Position numbers and translations under genes: made by a program
Notes under the pieces: generated by a model
Databases searched by the model: none
What the model was told of the DNA's origin: nothing
What the model saw: only the letters and a program-made list of their open reading frames with translations
From: Marsupella aquatica
Taxonomy: Eukaryota > Plantae > Marchantiophyta
Direction of reading: 5' to 3'
Assembly (NCBI GenBank): GCA_973895155.1
Contig: OZ316892.1
Location: forward strand, 6,429,151 to 6,493,150
DNA length: 64,000 bases
In this document: in pieces, positions 46,011-59,385 of the stretch
How the letters are laid out: each line of letters opens with the position of its first letter
How positions within the stretch are numbered: position 1 is the stretch's first letter

Positions 46011-49000
46011 ATGGCGGGCGGGCCAAAACTTACGGCGTCTTCTGAACGAGTTCACACCCGCAAATCAGCAGGACGCTCACCCAGCAGAGGAGGCAGCGGC
46101 CTTGGTACGCGTGTCGATCTAGCTCATTTGGGATAAGCATCGTTTTACTGCTAGACCTCTTGGAAAGTTTGCACTCCCAACTGTGTGGTGCCTTGCATTG
46201 TTCCTATCTTACCCGTCAGACTTTCTCAGCGTTAGCACCATTGTGATCTGGACTTTCCCAATAGTGGCACAAAATGATGTGGCATTACTGTACAATTGAT
46301 GACTGTTATGGTACTTAGTATCTCTCAATTGTTTGTTACAGTTGTCTCATAAGTTGTACTTTGCAAACCCATGAGCAAGAGTTCATCTTCCCACTCATTT
46401 TGTCCGATGTGACACAGAATTGTTGCAAAGTTTAAGTCCTTGTCGCGTCACAATAGGGAATACTCTGTTTCCGCTAAATTGCCATAACTGTGATTCATCT
46501 GCGTTTAAGGATCGAGTGGACTGACGGTACTCGTTCGTCTGCTTGGGCGTGGGCTAATAGGTCTGATAATCATCTCTGCATCATTCGCTATCGTATCTTG
46601 GATGGGCTACAGACACATCCAACCTCCTCCTCCAAAGGTCAGTGTCCCGTCCACACTGGGAAGATGTCACATGAGTGGATGAGAATGGATCAACTATTGT
46701 CAAAATTGTACTGGTCCCGGGGAAACACGTTCAGTTAAGTTAGATTGGTTTCCAGTCACTAAGTTTCGTGGCTTCAGAGCTGGTCTCGCGCACTGCGGAG
46801 CCATACAATTTTCGCAAAAAGGATTCCTGACGATACAACGGGGTTTTCCAATGGTCTACTTTACACTTCTTAAATTCATAATTTTGCTTGACGACACATT
46901 TTAGTTCGATTGGCTGGTTGTCCATCCTAACCAAGAGTTTGTAATCGAAATGGAAGATTTGTGGAACTCCAGGTGGGCCGCCTGTGACTGCCCCTCGGGT
47001 TCAACTCAGAGATGGTCGCTTTCTTGCCTACAAAGAAGCTGGCGTGCAGAAGGAGAATGCAAAGTACAATATCATAGCTGTGCACGGCTATGGCGGATCT
47101 CGACATCTTATGCTGGGAGGTTTGTCTGATGTGAATAGCTTCTTCCTCTTCCTCTTCAATTTCAAGGCAGCTTGTAGCATTGAACTACCTTCCGTCGCTT
47201 CTTTTATGTCGGTTAGATGCCCTTGCCCCTGTCTTGATGGTGCTTGGCATATTAAGATGATGATTTCTCTATCCTGGTATCAAATTGTAGATTTCCTAGA
47301 CATGATACTTTAAATCTAAATCCTCTAATGACTGTGGAAGAAGTGCTCAAAGGAGATTAGGCATACGTTGAATCCGGCCGGAAACGGGCGGAGGTTGATG
47401 TGTTCTTCTATCTGTGACTTAAGTACCACCGTAACCTCGGAAGTCCAAGTGGGGGACGTTGGATATCCTCCTTGTGCTTGTTTGCTTTGTTGACTGGTGC
47501 AGTCTTTATGAACGACAGCTTGAAGATGTCCAAATTAGTTGCTTCTCCAGAGCCTTTTCTACCGCCGTCTTCAAAGGACAAAAAGTCTTTGCACTGAGTG
47601 CTTTGGAAAAGACCAGCGTTGTTTTCAATTTGGTTTGTCACAAGAGTTGCACTTGGGGGTAGTGGGCTCCGTATTTATTGTGCCTGTGGTGAGAGGTGAG
47701 TGGCGATCAGCTAAAGGCCACTTGATGGCGATGATGCTGCAGCTTGTCAACTTTAATTGTCTACGGTGTATCCGATCTAACGAAAATGATGTTCCTTGTA
47801 ATTGCAGGAGGTCATGAAGGACCTTCGAATCTACATTGTGGCGTTTGATCGGGCTGGATATGGGCAAAGTACCCCAAATCCAAAGCGAACCATGAAGTCT
47901 GATGTGTACGATGTCCAGGTTGAATTCCTAGACCCTGGTTGTCAGAGCAACTAACAAATCCATTGTGCATCCCCTCTATCTATCGTGGCATTGCAGCTAA
48001 AATTGGTTGACTTAACAATGGATAATTGTGCTTTCTCGCTACTTTGAATTCTAGAATTAGCGAGGACTCGTTGAAGGTTTTTGACCAAGGTCCATGATGC
48101 TTCCAAAAATTATCTAGCCTTGTATTTGAAGGGTTTTTGGTAATACTGGGAAGTTAAACCGTGTTTTCCACTGCAACAGGACCTTGCAGATGCCCTGGAA
48201 TTTGGACCAACCTTCTATGTGGCAACAAATTCCATAGGAGGCTACACCGGATGGGGTCTAATCAAGTACCTTCCTCACAGGTTTGGACATCAATACTGAA
48301 TCCCATGTGATTGTGATGCATGTGGTATTACCAGCAGTAGGTACACACTTAAATGTTTACGTTGAGCTACGAGGGTTCATGAATGGACGCGGTTGGAATC
48401 TGATGTACTGTTGAGTCACTTGCTTCGATATATTAGTTCTATTGCCAATGCTCTGTATTATAGAGATTTACACAGCAATCGTAAACCTTAATGCAAAATT
48501 TATGTATATTTATAGAAGCTGTGCCTTTTTCGTTTCAAGTGATACTTATCAGCTTTCTCACCTTGCCAGGTTAGCAGGAATAGCTATGTTTGCACCAGTT
48601 ACAAATTTTTGGTGGAAAGGATTTCCACCAGAAGTGGTAAATGCTGTATTTAGTAAGCAATATATCGGTGACCGCCTGGTAGTATCGGTTGCTCATTATG
48701 CTCCTTGGCTATTGCATTGGTATATGACACAAACATGGTTTCCCACTCCATCCGTTGTGAAAGTTGAGAATGCTCAACTGGAAGAGATGGAGAGGCTGAG
48801 AATCTCTGAGTATCACACCGAAGTTCAAGCAGGGGTTATCACCAAGGTTTGAAATTTAAGCACCATTTGCTTAGTGCTTCTTTTTCACAAGACTTAAAGT
48901 TTTGTTCTATTTTACTTCTCCTTGTTACTGGCAACAATCTCTCTGGGTTAGTGATCGGTTTAGGAACAATTGAAAGCATGATTGTTAATCGTTGTACAAA

Positions 49001-49360
49001 GCGGGTTAAGGTTTAAAGTTAAGCACCTGTGTCGTGCTACTAACAACTTTTCGGTCCTTGCAGAACCTTTTGGAGTCAACCCAACAAGGTAAAGACGAGT
49101 CTCAGTTTCGGGACGTGCAGAATATGTTTGGGACGTGGGACTCTGAACCCTTTGAGTTAGAGAACCCTTTTGCATCACGGAAAGGGGCTGCTCACATTTG
49201 GCATGGAGATGATGACTACCTCGTACCAGTTGAACTGCAACGTGAGGTAGCTAGAGCAATTCCTTGGATTCGTTACCATGAGGTTCCTGAAGCGGGCCAT
49301 GGTTTGCTACGTATCCCAGGTCAGGCAGATCTAATGATCCGGGCCTTACTTCAGGAGTAG
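46011..49360 (+). CDS. Plant alpha/beta-fold hydrolase, 7 exons (46011-46104, 46561-46637, 46957-47130, 47808-47918, 48180-48280, 48570-48846, 49063-49360)
   Basis: Spliced product MAGG...RVHTRK, a hydrophobic anchor, QPPPPKICGTPGGPPVTAPRVQLRDGRFLAYKE, VHGYGG, FDRAGYGQS, nucleophile elbow NSIGG, WHGDDDYLVP (Asp) and AGH (His). All introns are GT-AG. Confidence 0.9.
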
Positions 49361-50442
49361 AAGTGAAGGAATATCACTCAATGATTTGTGACTTGACAAT
49401 TCTCTCCCAAACAGGGACCTCATGTAACAGACAATTTGTAAGTTTCGGAGGGTTTCCGTCACAGGGAGAGAATTTTGCTTCGGGAACTTGAGAAGGTATT
49501 CAACTTTGTTAGTATGACGTTCTGGAATGGGCCTGGAGCAAGAGGCAGTTAGTGGAAATGATTGAGCGATCAGATCCCAACAGCCTTGGCAATCTTGAAT
49601 GGGCTCATTTAAAAACAAGTCCACTGTGAAGCGTGTTAGTGGGCTCGGGTGGTTGTGCAGAGATGTGGCGTATCCTAGTCCTAGTTACTTTCCCAATTCA
49701 TTTCTGACATGAGAACTATTGTCCAATGTAAAGACCTCATTCCAACCTGGAACTTAAAGCCCGGATAGACCCATAGTTTGTCCATGAAACCCCCATGCAT
49801 AAATGAAAATTGAATGGACTGGGCTAAAACATAAAAATATGCATGGATAGTACTGTTTATTTTCTGTCCATAAAGTACACAGTCAATGATCAAATCATCA
49901 CTTCTTTCTAAGTATATTTCCCCTTTACTCCATATGAGTATTTGACAAAAAAAGTGGACAAGTTCTTTGTTGCATTCAAGGAGTGAGATATAGTGCAGCG
50001 GACAATGCAAGCCAGACCAGAAGCCCATTTGGTATTCTTTACATAAGTTTATTGTACAATTGTTTAGCAATATTTGTGACACCACAGCAGCACGTTCAAG
50101 TACAGTGCAGTCCCGAGATTGTACAAGGGCTTTTGTGGATGGAAACATCACCAAATACTCTCTGATGGGACAAAACAGTGATCCTAGCTAGGCTGTCACG
50201 CTGAATTGCACATGATACTTTCTCTTCGATGAGGTATTTTTTGGCGTTGGACATGAACACACACGTAGGTACTGTAGTTTCATTGGAGTAAATGATGTGA
50301 CCGATGAGCAGGTTGTAATATCAAATTTACTTGAAGAGCAGCTTGTGATATCAAATATAAAGTAAATTTGCCATTCACAGACAACCAACGCAGATAGTCG
50401 TTATCTTCGAGCAGTTGAAATAGACAGTAACAATAGATAAAA

Positions 50443-50515
50443 CGACCATACTGGGGATCGAACCCAGAATCTCCAGCTCCGTAGGCTGGCGCCTTATCCA
50501 TTGGGCCATACGGTC
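50443..50515 (-). tRNA. trnR-ACG: tRNA-Arg (anticodon ACG)
   Basis: GACCGTA...TATGGTC acceptor stem, D loop AATGGATAA, anticodon arm CCAGC-CTACGGA-GCTGG, T loop GTTCGATCC. TTTT terminator directly downstream and a TATA-like element about 30 nt upstream. Confidence 0.96.
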
Positions 50516-52056
50516 CAACACGATCGTTATTTGTAAAGTTATTTATATACTTAGTTTTTCCTTGTCTCCATAACTCGTCCCGAATTTCGGGATGTACAGA
50601 GGGAAAAGGCGGCTAAACTAAGGTGAAAAGAAAAATACTATAAATTGAAAGTGAGATCGCAAGGGTTATCTTATTTTGATAGCCATGGCCTTCCATTCTC
50701 TTATCTCCAGTACTCCATACGCCCATATGGACCACGTCAATAAAGTGAGACTCGACTCCACACGCTCAACTTTGCTTCCCATTTTAGAAGGAAGTTAAAT
50801 CTGAATTCATTTGCCTGTCCACTAGACTATGCTAATCACAGGCTCAACGTTTCTGTGTCCTAGGTGGTCTTCATGCACAAACGATCCCAGGCACGCATAA
50901 AACCCATGGCGATCAGATTACTGGCCACCTATAAATTCTGAATTACATCAGTGTAGACGGTTGGCAACTCTCATGATGAAGTAACACTGCTCCAGGTTAA
51001 TATTCAATAAAATATTTCTTGTTGTGTGTCAATTGACTCTTATATTCAATTGAGGTATGATGCCGCTTGTCTTCAAATCAGAAAATTAGTGCAGAACTAT
51101 GACAATTGGCACCATGACAATTTGGTTATGGGACAGGGACAGATGCAATGGACCAATATTGTAGGATTGATGAGAGAACAGTGCTAGAGTCACTCTATAC
51201 GTTTGTCATAGCAATCCGAGAATGTACCAGGGGAAATTGTTCGGGGAAGTCCATTGCACAGGATTTCACTTCTAGAGATGTAGGAAGAACAGGCTGACGG
51301 TTTTTATTGACCAATATCGAGGAGAAAACTTTTCTCCGATAACCCCACCATCTCGTCTTCATTTGAATTGGTCTAAAAATTTATACCCGGCCCAAGGCCC
51401 ACAGTAACCAGGCCAACAAATAGTCTGAGTGATTCTGGGTAAAAAATGAGACTAATGAATGCCCAAATTGGGCAAATTTTATTGTTCGCTAGAAGTAGTT
51501 CAGATCCTCGCCAGAAGGGGACGGCGCAAATTTACATGCTTCCTAAACTCAGGTACTGATCGATCTAATTCAGAAAATGCAAGATTTCAGATGGGTCGTC
51601 ACCCCAGGGTCTTGGGTTCGCTTACCTCTGTTTGATCTAGTCGACTTTCTTCCTCACATGACAGAACATTCTGTTAATCGTGATTTTTATCGTTGGTGAT
51701 GAGTTCCCTACCAGTTATCAAAAACTGATGCCTCAAGTGTCTACCTTAATCTCGAAGTACTCCAGCTCACTGGTACATATATAGATTCAATAAATCAATT
51801 CTGAATTTAGATTGTCAGCATAATACCAACTAGAGAAGTCTACCGATCAATCCTAGTACATGTCGATCGATCAATCTTAGTACGAACAAAATGTGATCTA
51901 ACGCTGAGACAGTATTCGCAATGTCACGTACCACACTGTTGTAGGACTCAATACAGTCAAATTGATGCATGGAGGGATTAGACTGGACCTTGGAGACAAA
52001 GGGGTCGCTCCCATCTGCAACACGAGCTTGTTCAGATCTGAATCTGGAGGGAAAAT

Positions 52057-54378
52057 TTAAGAACCGTAAAGATCGAGAGCCTTCTTAGCTTGGTTTCTAG
52101 CAGCCGTCGAGGGAGAGGACTTTAGCTCTCTGAGCATAGGCAAGGCCCCCTTTTGACGACACAATTCCCTGGTCTCCTCGCTGGCGGAAAGGTTGGCGAT
52201 TGCTCCAGCGGCGTATTCCTGAACGATGCCTGACAAAGAGCCGAGCAATTTAACGAGACTGCGCACTGCTGTGGGTGTAGTGGCGATTATTCTCGCATTC
52301 TCCTTGTCCGCAGAAAGATTATACAGCGCACCTGCCGCATTCTGATGCACGAGGGTGGAGCTGGATTGAAGCAGCCGCGCCAGTCTTGGAATAGCTGGAG
52401 ATATGGAGGAGATCTTGGTCCTGTTTCCAGGGTTGTAGGAGAGATTCATGAGCGCTCCAGCCGCCTTTTCTTGCACGAGACTGGACTTCGAATCGAGTAG
52501 CTCCACTAGACGGGTCAGTGTATCTCCCATCCTGGCCACTTCAGCCTTGTTCAGAGCGTTGGTGTTGGCAAGATTCCACAACGCACTCGCTGCATTGGCC
52601 TGGACTCCGAGAGAATCCTCAAACAGAAGCTTCGACAGCTTCTCGATCGCACCTTCCTCTTCTGCTACTCTTCCGCGATTTTGCTGATTGAACGACAAGC
52701 TCTCAAGTGCCTTGCATGCATTCTCCCGCACGCCGAAGGATCCGGAATCGAGGAGCTCAACAAGTCTTCGGAGAGCGCCATTCTCTCTGGCGACCCTCAG
52801 CTCAAACTCTTTAGGGATGGAAAAACTCCAGAGTACGTTCGCGGCGTGCTCCTGGACGGCAAGGGAAGGGGAATGCAGGAGCTTCACAAGCTGAAAGAGT
52901 ACGCCCTCTTGCACAGCTATCTCCATCAACGTTTCTGTGAACTTGGCCAGCATGTCGAGAGCTCTTAATTGGAAAGGCTCTAGCTCAGACTCCAGCGTAG
53001 CCACCCACCAGCCTGCAACTCCTGGCGATAATTCAAGTTCCTTTCTGCTGCTAACGAGTTGCAACTGCGTGCCACCTGAGACAGGGATGTCCCAAGGCTC
53101 ATATACCTCGAGAAGAAACAACAGCCTAGAGGGTACGTTCGGGAGATTCCTGGCTTGTGTTCTAATACACTCATTGACGCAGAGGTTGCAGAGAGTGGCT
53201 GCCGAACAGAACTGCAGGGTTGGACATTGTGAGCTGAAGAGCTGTACAAGCTTCTCCACAGCTCCCGGAGCGGCTTCAAACTTCTTATGGTTGCCATCGT
53301 CCACAGAGAGCTCCCTCAACGCTCCGGCAGCGTTGGACTGCACTTTTAGGGAAGAGCTATCCAGTAGCTCCAGCAGACTCTCAACAATTCCCGGGAAGAG
53401 GATTCTCATGCAGTCGACCTGGCCTTGGCTTCGAAGCAGGCACCGGAGAACCTCCAGCGCCTCGTGCTGCACTTCCCCATAGGTGGAGGCCACAATCGCC
53501 GCCAACTGCTCGAGGGCCCCAGGTGTGTCGCAGATCTTACGCCTCGTTTGATCGTTGGTCACCAAGTTCTCGAGGTTGATCATTGCCTGTGCCCGTACGG
53601 GCTGCGATGAAGAATTCAGTAACTGCACGAGCACTTCCACACCACCCACCCGGCAGAAGTGGTCGAACTCTTCCATCGACCTTAGACTCTCGATTGGATA
53701 AATCGTGCTGCCATCGAACCGCATCTTAGCTACTAGCTTGAGAGTCCTTTTGGGGCAGGGCTTAGAATCGAACCTCGTAATCTCCAATTGCAGCAGGGCG
53801 TCTTTGAGTTTTTGTAACGGCCCCTGATCTGCGTTCACCCGGTGGGTCGTGGTCGAGGAACGCAGCTTCCTCACCCGGTGAGTGGTGCTCGAGGAGCACA
53901 CTACAGGAGACGAGCTCGAGGAACGCAGCTTCTTGCTGACGCAATAACGGTGATAGAAGCTGATAGCATGCTTAGTTCTATTACGAGCAATTTGGAGGCT
54001 ATGGCTGAGAGTACGAAAATGTAAAATAGAGATGTTGGCTAGAAAGTAGTCTTCCAGGGCGTCCCTTGCTTCCTCCAATATCTTGCACATAAGCTGCACC
54101 ACGCGGAAGAAGTTACGATCAAAACGGGGATTGCCCCTGTTCACTTCCGGCAGAACTTTCGCAATTAAGGGAGTAAACGACCAAAAGTCCGCTTGAAACG
54201 TTCCCACCACACTATCTTTAAGCTTCAATTCCTCGAGCAGGGCGTCGATCTGGTAGTTGAGACTGATCAGAGCCCCTGTGACCATGACGATCGCGAAAGT
54301 ATCCGGCTCCTGCATGGCTGCAACATCCACCCAGGATCCCCACATTCTTTGAAGGCCAATTTTTTCGTCGGATCCCAT
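52057..54378 (-). CDS. Armadillo-repeat protein, 773 aa, single exon
   Basis: Many ~42-aa repeats of the form GAxxxLVxLLxSxSxxVQExAAGALxNLS. Helical N-terminal region with no recognisable U-box. Confidence 0.88.
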   Translation of the reverse strand: MGSDEKIGLQRMWGSWVDVAAMQEPDTFAIVMVTGALISLNYQIDALLEELKLKDSVVGTFQADFWSFTPLIAKVLPEVNRGNPRFDRNFFRVVQLMCKILEEARDALEDYFLANISILHFRTLSHSLQIARNRTKHAISFYHRYCVSKKLRSSSSSPVVCSSSTTHRVRKLRSSTTTHRVNADQGPLQKLKDALLQLEITRFDSKPCPKRTLKLVAKMRFDGSTIYPIESLRSMEEFDHFCRVGGVEVLVQLLNSSSQPVRAQAMINLENLVTNDQTRRKICDTPGALEQLAAIVASTYGEVQHEALEVLRCLLRSQGQVDCMRILFPGIVESLLELLDSSSLKVQSNAAGALRELSVDDGNHKKFEAAPGAVEKLVQLFSSQCPTLQFCSAATLCNLCVNECIRTQARNLPNVPSRLLFLLEVYEPWDIPVSGGTQLQLVSSRKELELSPGVAGWWVATLESELEPFQLRALDMLAKFTETLMEIAVQEGVLFQLVKLLHSPSLAVQEHAANVLWSFSIPKEFELRVARENGALRRLVELLDSGSFGVRENACKALESLSFNQQNRGRVAEEEGAIEKLSKLLFEDSLGVQANAASALWNLANTNALNKAEVARMGDTLTRLVELLDSKSSLVQEKAAGALMNLSYNPGNRTKISSISPAIPRLARLLQSSSTLVHQNAAGALYNLSADKENARIIATTPTAVRSLVKLLGSLSGIVQEYAAGAIANLSASEETRELCRQKGALPMLRELKSSPSTAARNQAKKALDLYGS

Positions 54379-57300
54379 TGTCCGGTTTTTCTTGAATGCG
54401 TAGATCCTGGGGTATCAGGTAGTAATGCTTCGTGCTCGCTGGAAATCAACATAGTCATCCAGCATCAACTTGCTTCCGACTCGAACGAACCAGAGAGCTT
54501 TGAGGTACTATCAGTAAGATGCTGCCCTCAGCCTTCCTCTTCGAGTAGCTTTTTGGGACTCAATCAAAGCAAATTGGGCTTCGAGTTAAGAAGACGAGCT
54601 GGAGGCTTTGCATCAATTTGCATGGAATGTGTAGGCCTTCGTGATTGTTTCAGTTCTCGTGCCGATGAAAACTGGGTTCCCGATCTCGTTCTTCTGGAAG
54701 TCAACACGTCAAGGTATTCCGTCAGATCGATTGGCCGGTCCATGAAAATCATCTTGTTTACCGCCCGCCTTACAACTGTAGAACCGATCGTGTACAGGTA
54801 CCATCAACAACCGTAAGATACTCAGTCCGCATTTCTGGGCGATTTACCATAGGTCTGGGTACGAATCCCGAGGACTAGATCTGGTCAACTCCATGATACA
54901 ATCCAAATTCAAAGTGCAACATATGGGGTCAAGGTGACATTCCGAAGGCTCACTCCATGCACTCTATGTTCTCAACGAGGGGGCTCGGGAGGTCCGAGGA
55001 TGGGGACTTACGTGGGGAGTAACTAGCAACTTGGCTGCACGCTAGCTCGGCGTGTAATGCTTTCTATTATCTTGCAGGACTCGACGGAAGGCATGGAACT
55101 CAAATGACTTTTGTTTTGCTAATACATGCTGCACGACGGCTTTTGTGGACTAGGACTGCTCCTGTACAGCATTCCGTGCTGGAGGAAAGCTGACCAAACT
55201 AATGATTGAACGAAATTTCACTGAACAGTCAACTAGATCTGTCACATTCTGGGTCCTGATCGATGGACTGAAAGTTGCCGATTTCAAACCTTTTCTTCCA
55301 ATGCAACGAATTTTACCCAAATTGTCCTATAAGTTGCAGAAAACGACTATCCTTAAAGTACTGGAGGGGGAACATGAACTGCTATAAAACTGCTGAAAAG
55401 AAGAAAGACTGTTGGTAAATAAAAAACGGCGGTCCATTGAATTGATCATCTGTCGATGCCTTAACAAAAATAACCGCGTAGGAAATAGCTGTAAGTCACT
55501 TTATGTTCCCTTGAGGTTCCATTAAAGTTGCGACATTCCACATATGATATCGTCTCACAATTAACTACTTTATGCCCGGAAATGCTGGTTTCCTGTTGTT
55601 GTTAGTGTCCTAGACTCCTATCAAATACGGTATCCTTTGTGTTTGAGATTGGGCGAGAAAGTTGAAGTTCATCGGAAACCGCTAACTGTACGACTAATGT
55701 GTAGAGAACCAGAGATGGACGCTACTTAAGGCTGCCAGACTCATACCACTGTCCGATCATGGGGCACCTCCAGATATCCACATCTGGTGAATAGCTATTT
55801 TCTCCGAAGCCATGTAGTTGAGGTCAAAGATCACCTTCCAAAACATTTGCCTTGAAGAGTAGGCAGGACCATTGCCGTTTGCTGGGACTGACGGCATTAG
55901 TCATGCATGTACATCACTCCAAATCATGGCTGCTCGGATTGACGGCCAATTCCACCAATCGGTCCGTGCTGTTGTAGTCATCATCCAGTATCTCCAAATT
56001 TCCATTCCAGTAGGTGCGAGTGGGACAACTCACACAAGCCAGGAGCATGGTAGCCAACCACTTGAGCGCCATCGTTCAGGTCTACGACCTTAATTTCTCC
56101 TTGCTGTGTCGTTCTCTTCCTTGGTGCGTGCAATCTACTGTATGATTTACTCCGGGACTTCCGACTGCTTATCGTGCGAGCGCATTAACCTGCCCATCAA
56201 CAGAAGATCATGTTCTCACCTGAGACAAGCTACATTACATTCAATGGCTACTATTGCATCTCACACATAGAAACAAAAGAGACCTCCCTCAGAATTCTTG
56301 TAAAGCCCCCCCTCAAGTCCTGTTTGTTGGCCCAGGTCATGAAGATCATGCTCTCACCTGGGACAAGCTACAGTCCTGTACAGTCCTGTCGACAGAGTTA
56401 TAGGGCTTGGCGTCCCTGAAATGAGCAATTTCTGTGGCTTGTAGCTATTCTTAAACAAGAAGAAATTCTAAAACTGGTTTGCTTAGAGCCGGCGAAAGAA
56501 AGTCTAGACTTCAGTGAATCAGACGACTGTTAACTCCATGAGATGCCACCTTCCATCTCACCGTTAATTACAATGGCATTATACCCGATATCCTCAATCA
56601 TGCCATCTGCTGATTTGTAAACTTACGGCTATAGCGACCGTTGCAGATGAGAATTGGACTAACTTGGTTACTTGAAAGCTTCGATTGAGGCCAGGTCGAG
56701 GTCAACTTTCAATCATTGGATATCCTAGACTAGGTTCTGGATCGCATACGGCCGGTGCACGGCACGGAGCGAAGATCGGACGAAGGCTAAAGGTAGGTTC
56801 AACCAATCTTTACTCGATAGACGGATCTATTCAGACAAGTAGACACTCGATCGATCGATATGGCCAGTACCGCTGTATGACAAACGGGACTAGTAACGTC
56901 TCTTTGATGCCGGCGCACGGCTGACGGCTCCCTCGACAACTATGACTTCATCGATGCATGTTGGACTAAAGGACGAGCTACATTACTGTAGCATATGACG
57001 CTGCCAGGCTGTTTATGGGGGGACCTCATAAAATCACGAGCCTTGTGAGCGGCGCCCTGACAAACTTTCCAGATTCCAGAGCTAGAAGAAGCCTTGAATT
57101 GAACGAATTCGGGATTTGCTTGTCGTCGACTAGCTCGCCGGATGGACACTCTCACACAGAACAGTTCGCGTGCATTACTTGCAATTGGGATTCCGGTCTG
57201 TGGTGTCTTCTTCGTCGTTTTTTAAAACAAAATTTTTGTATTTCTTATGATGGTACTGAATCTCCTTTTTTTTGGGTGTGGGGGCGGGGGAATTTGTTTT

Positions 57301-59323
57301 TGGAAAGATGCTCGGATGGACCCGCCATGATTTTTTATCACGCAACGTGGGGTGGGGTGTGGAGAGCAGCAAGGCTGTTTGGTTTTGAGACCCTAGTGCA
57401 ACCATTTGTACAAAATAAAATATTGAAAGAATCTTCTCAAGGCAATGTTACCTCGATATATATATATTTTGTGAACACCCCACCCCTTGAGATGGGGGGA
57501 GAAAATAACCCAGTTGCAAAAGACACAAAGGGACAAGTCCCTCAGGCAGACCAGACAAAATGAGCTAGGGCCCAAGACAAAGCAACCACCACACTGCCAG
57601 AATGGATAATACCCAGCAACAGCACCACACCAGAAAAACCAGCCAAAAAGGCAAAGAAGAGTGGGGGAGGGGCGCCAACTAATCAAAGCATCAGTGGCAG
57701 AAACGGACAAAAAAGTAATGAGCAATCAGCCATTACCTTCAATGTTTGAAAATGGTCCATCCCAACATTTTCTCCCCACACCTAACAGGAGAGGGCCGGC
57801 CTAAGTTTAGAGGGGAGTACCCTACGACCTAGAAAACTTATTAATCTGACTAGACAAACCCAATTGTGTGCTGAAAATTATAGGCAAGGGCTAAAGCTCC
57901 AGTCAGTCCTTTTTGGAGATGCCTATAGAAGTAGTGACTTCCAGATTGAGGAACATGAAGCTGACATGTTTACCTAATTAGTTTCCGGCCAGATAGCTCC
58001 AAAACATCTCCATCTCTAGTCAAGATTGAGAAAAAGTTCACCTGTTAAAAAGCTGGGTATATTTGTTTTTGTTTCTAACACGACAATTAGGTTGTGGAGA
58101 ACCCAGTTTATCCAGTAAGAGGAATTACTAGTCCATAGTAGAGTCTTTGTATCGTTACATCTTCATGTAGCCAAATTAGGGTTTAGTGTTTAGGGTTTCA
58201 TTTATTCAGGACGACAATGTTTCGGATCATACCTATCCAGACTCCCTTTCCAAGGAACAACTAATAGTTTATTACCTCTTGAATATACTCCCAGAATTTT
58301 TAGTTTGTAAATTGTCTGCTCGATAAATAGTCAGTGCAACAAAGCAGCAATGGCAATCTGTCAGAGGGCATTTGGCATTGGCAGGCATGATTTCTCATTT
58401 TGTCTGGAACTCATTTGGATTTGTTTTGCAGGATTTTTTTTGGCAAGAGTATTTTGCAGAGAAACTCCGCAATTGTAGTTCTTATGACATGAACTATGGT
58501 ATAGATGTATGTATATGAGAACCCCATCAAGAGATTTTAGATCTTATAGTAAATATCGTCAACACACAAGGTTACTTTAGCCCCAGTTTACGTTTGCATC
58601 TAAAGTTGGAAAGGGACACACAATTCTACTGCAGAAATCCAGCTGCAGAATCAGAGCAGCATCAGAACTCCCGACTGGCGAACCTGAGAATTATCGGTAA
58701 AAGCCTGTACAGCAGGTTTGATGCCAATTTGCATCCAACGTCTATGCGTAATTTTATTCCCCAAGAGCAAGAAGTTGGAAATAAGTTTACTTTTGCACCC
58801 GATCGAGCAATTAATAATGGTCTGCGAGGTCATCTTCTCCCGAAGAGAGAACTTACTACTCCAGTTCTGTCCAGGCGGTACTGGCTTAATTAATGAATTT
58901 TGTCTTTGTGACAGCGGTTACGCAATGGGGTGAGCGACTGAGCGGGCAGGGGGCATTGTCATTATGGTTTGATGTGCCAATCCTTGACGTCTGTGTGGTC
59001 AGGTTCGAGGTGAGCGTCTGAGGATGTATCCACCAGAAACTCCTGCTCTGCCTTCAGTCTGCGTCTGAGATGGCTTCGAAATATCTGCTCTCCATGGTCG
59101 ATCCATACCGTAGGAACGTCCGCCGACCCACAATCTTTCCATCTGATCGACAGTTCATCTGGTTTAGAGGTGAAAGAGACACTAGCCATGATTCTCGGAA
59201 TTTTAATGACTTGTGGCACGGGCGGTTCACCCAGTGTAATCTCAGAGAAATGTAACCAATTCTTGATGAAATTGCTGTATTAAATATATTTCCAGCCCTT
59301 AGCTATTTGGCTCGTTTCGAGCA

Positions 59324-59385
59324 ACAGATTTACGTAAGAGCGAGATAAGAAAGGACAGATTTACGTAAGAGCGAGATAAGAAAGG
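59324..59385. repeat. 31-bp perfect tandem duplication
   Basis: (acagatttacgtaagagcgagataagaaagg)2. Confidence 0.9.

Noticed and set aside
50280-50501. 73-aa ORF
   Set aside because: Its start lies inside the tRNA-Arg gene, so it is a chance frame.
52448-54816. Plus-strand ORFs overlapping the ARM gene
   Set aside because: Antisense shadows of a long coding region.
55720-56100. Trp-rich minus-strand frames suggesting a pseudogene
   Set aside because: Several stops and no identifiable family.
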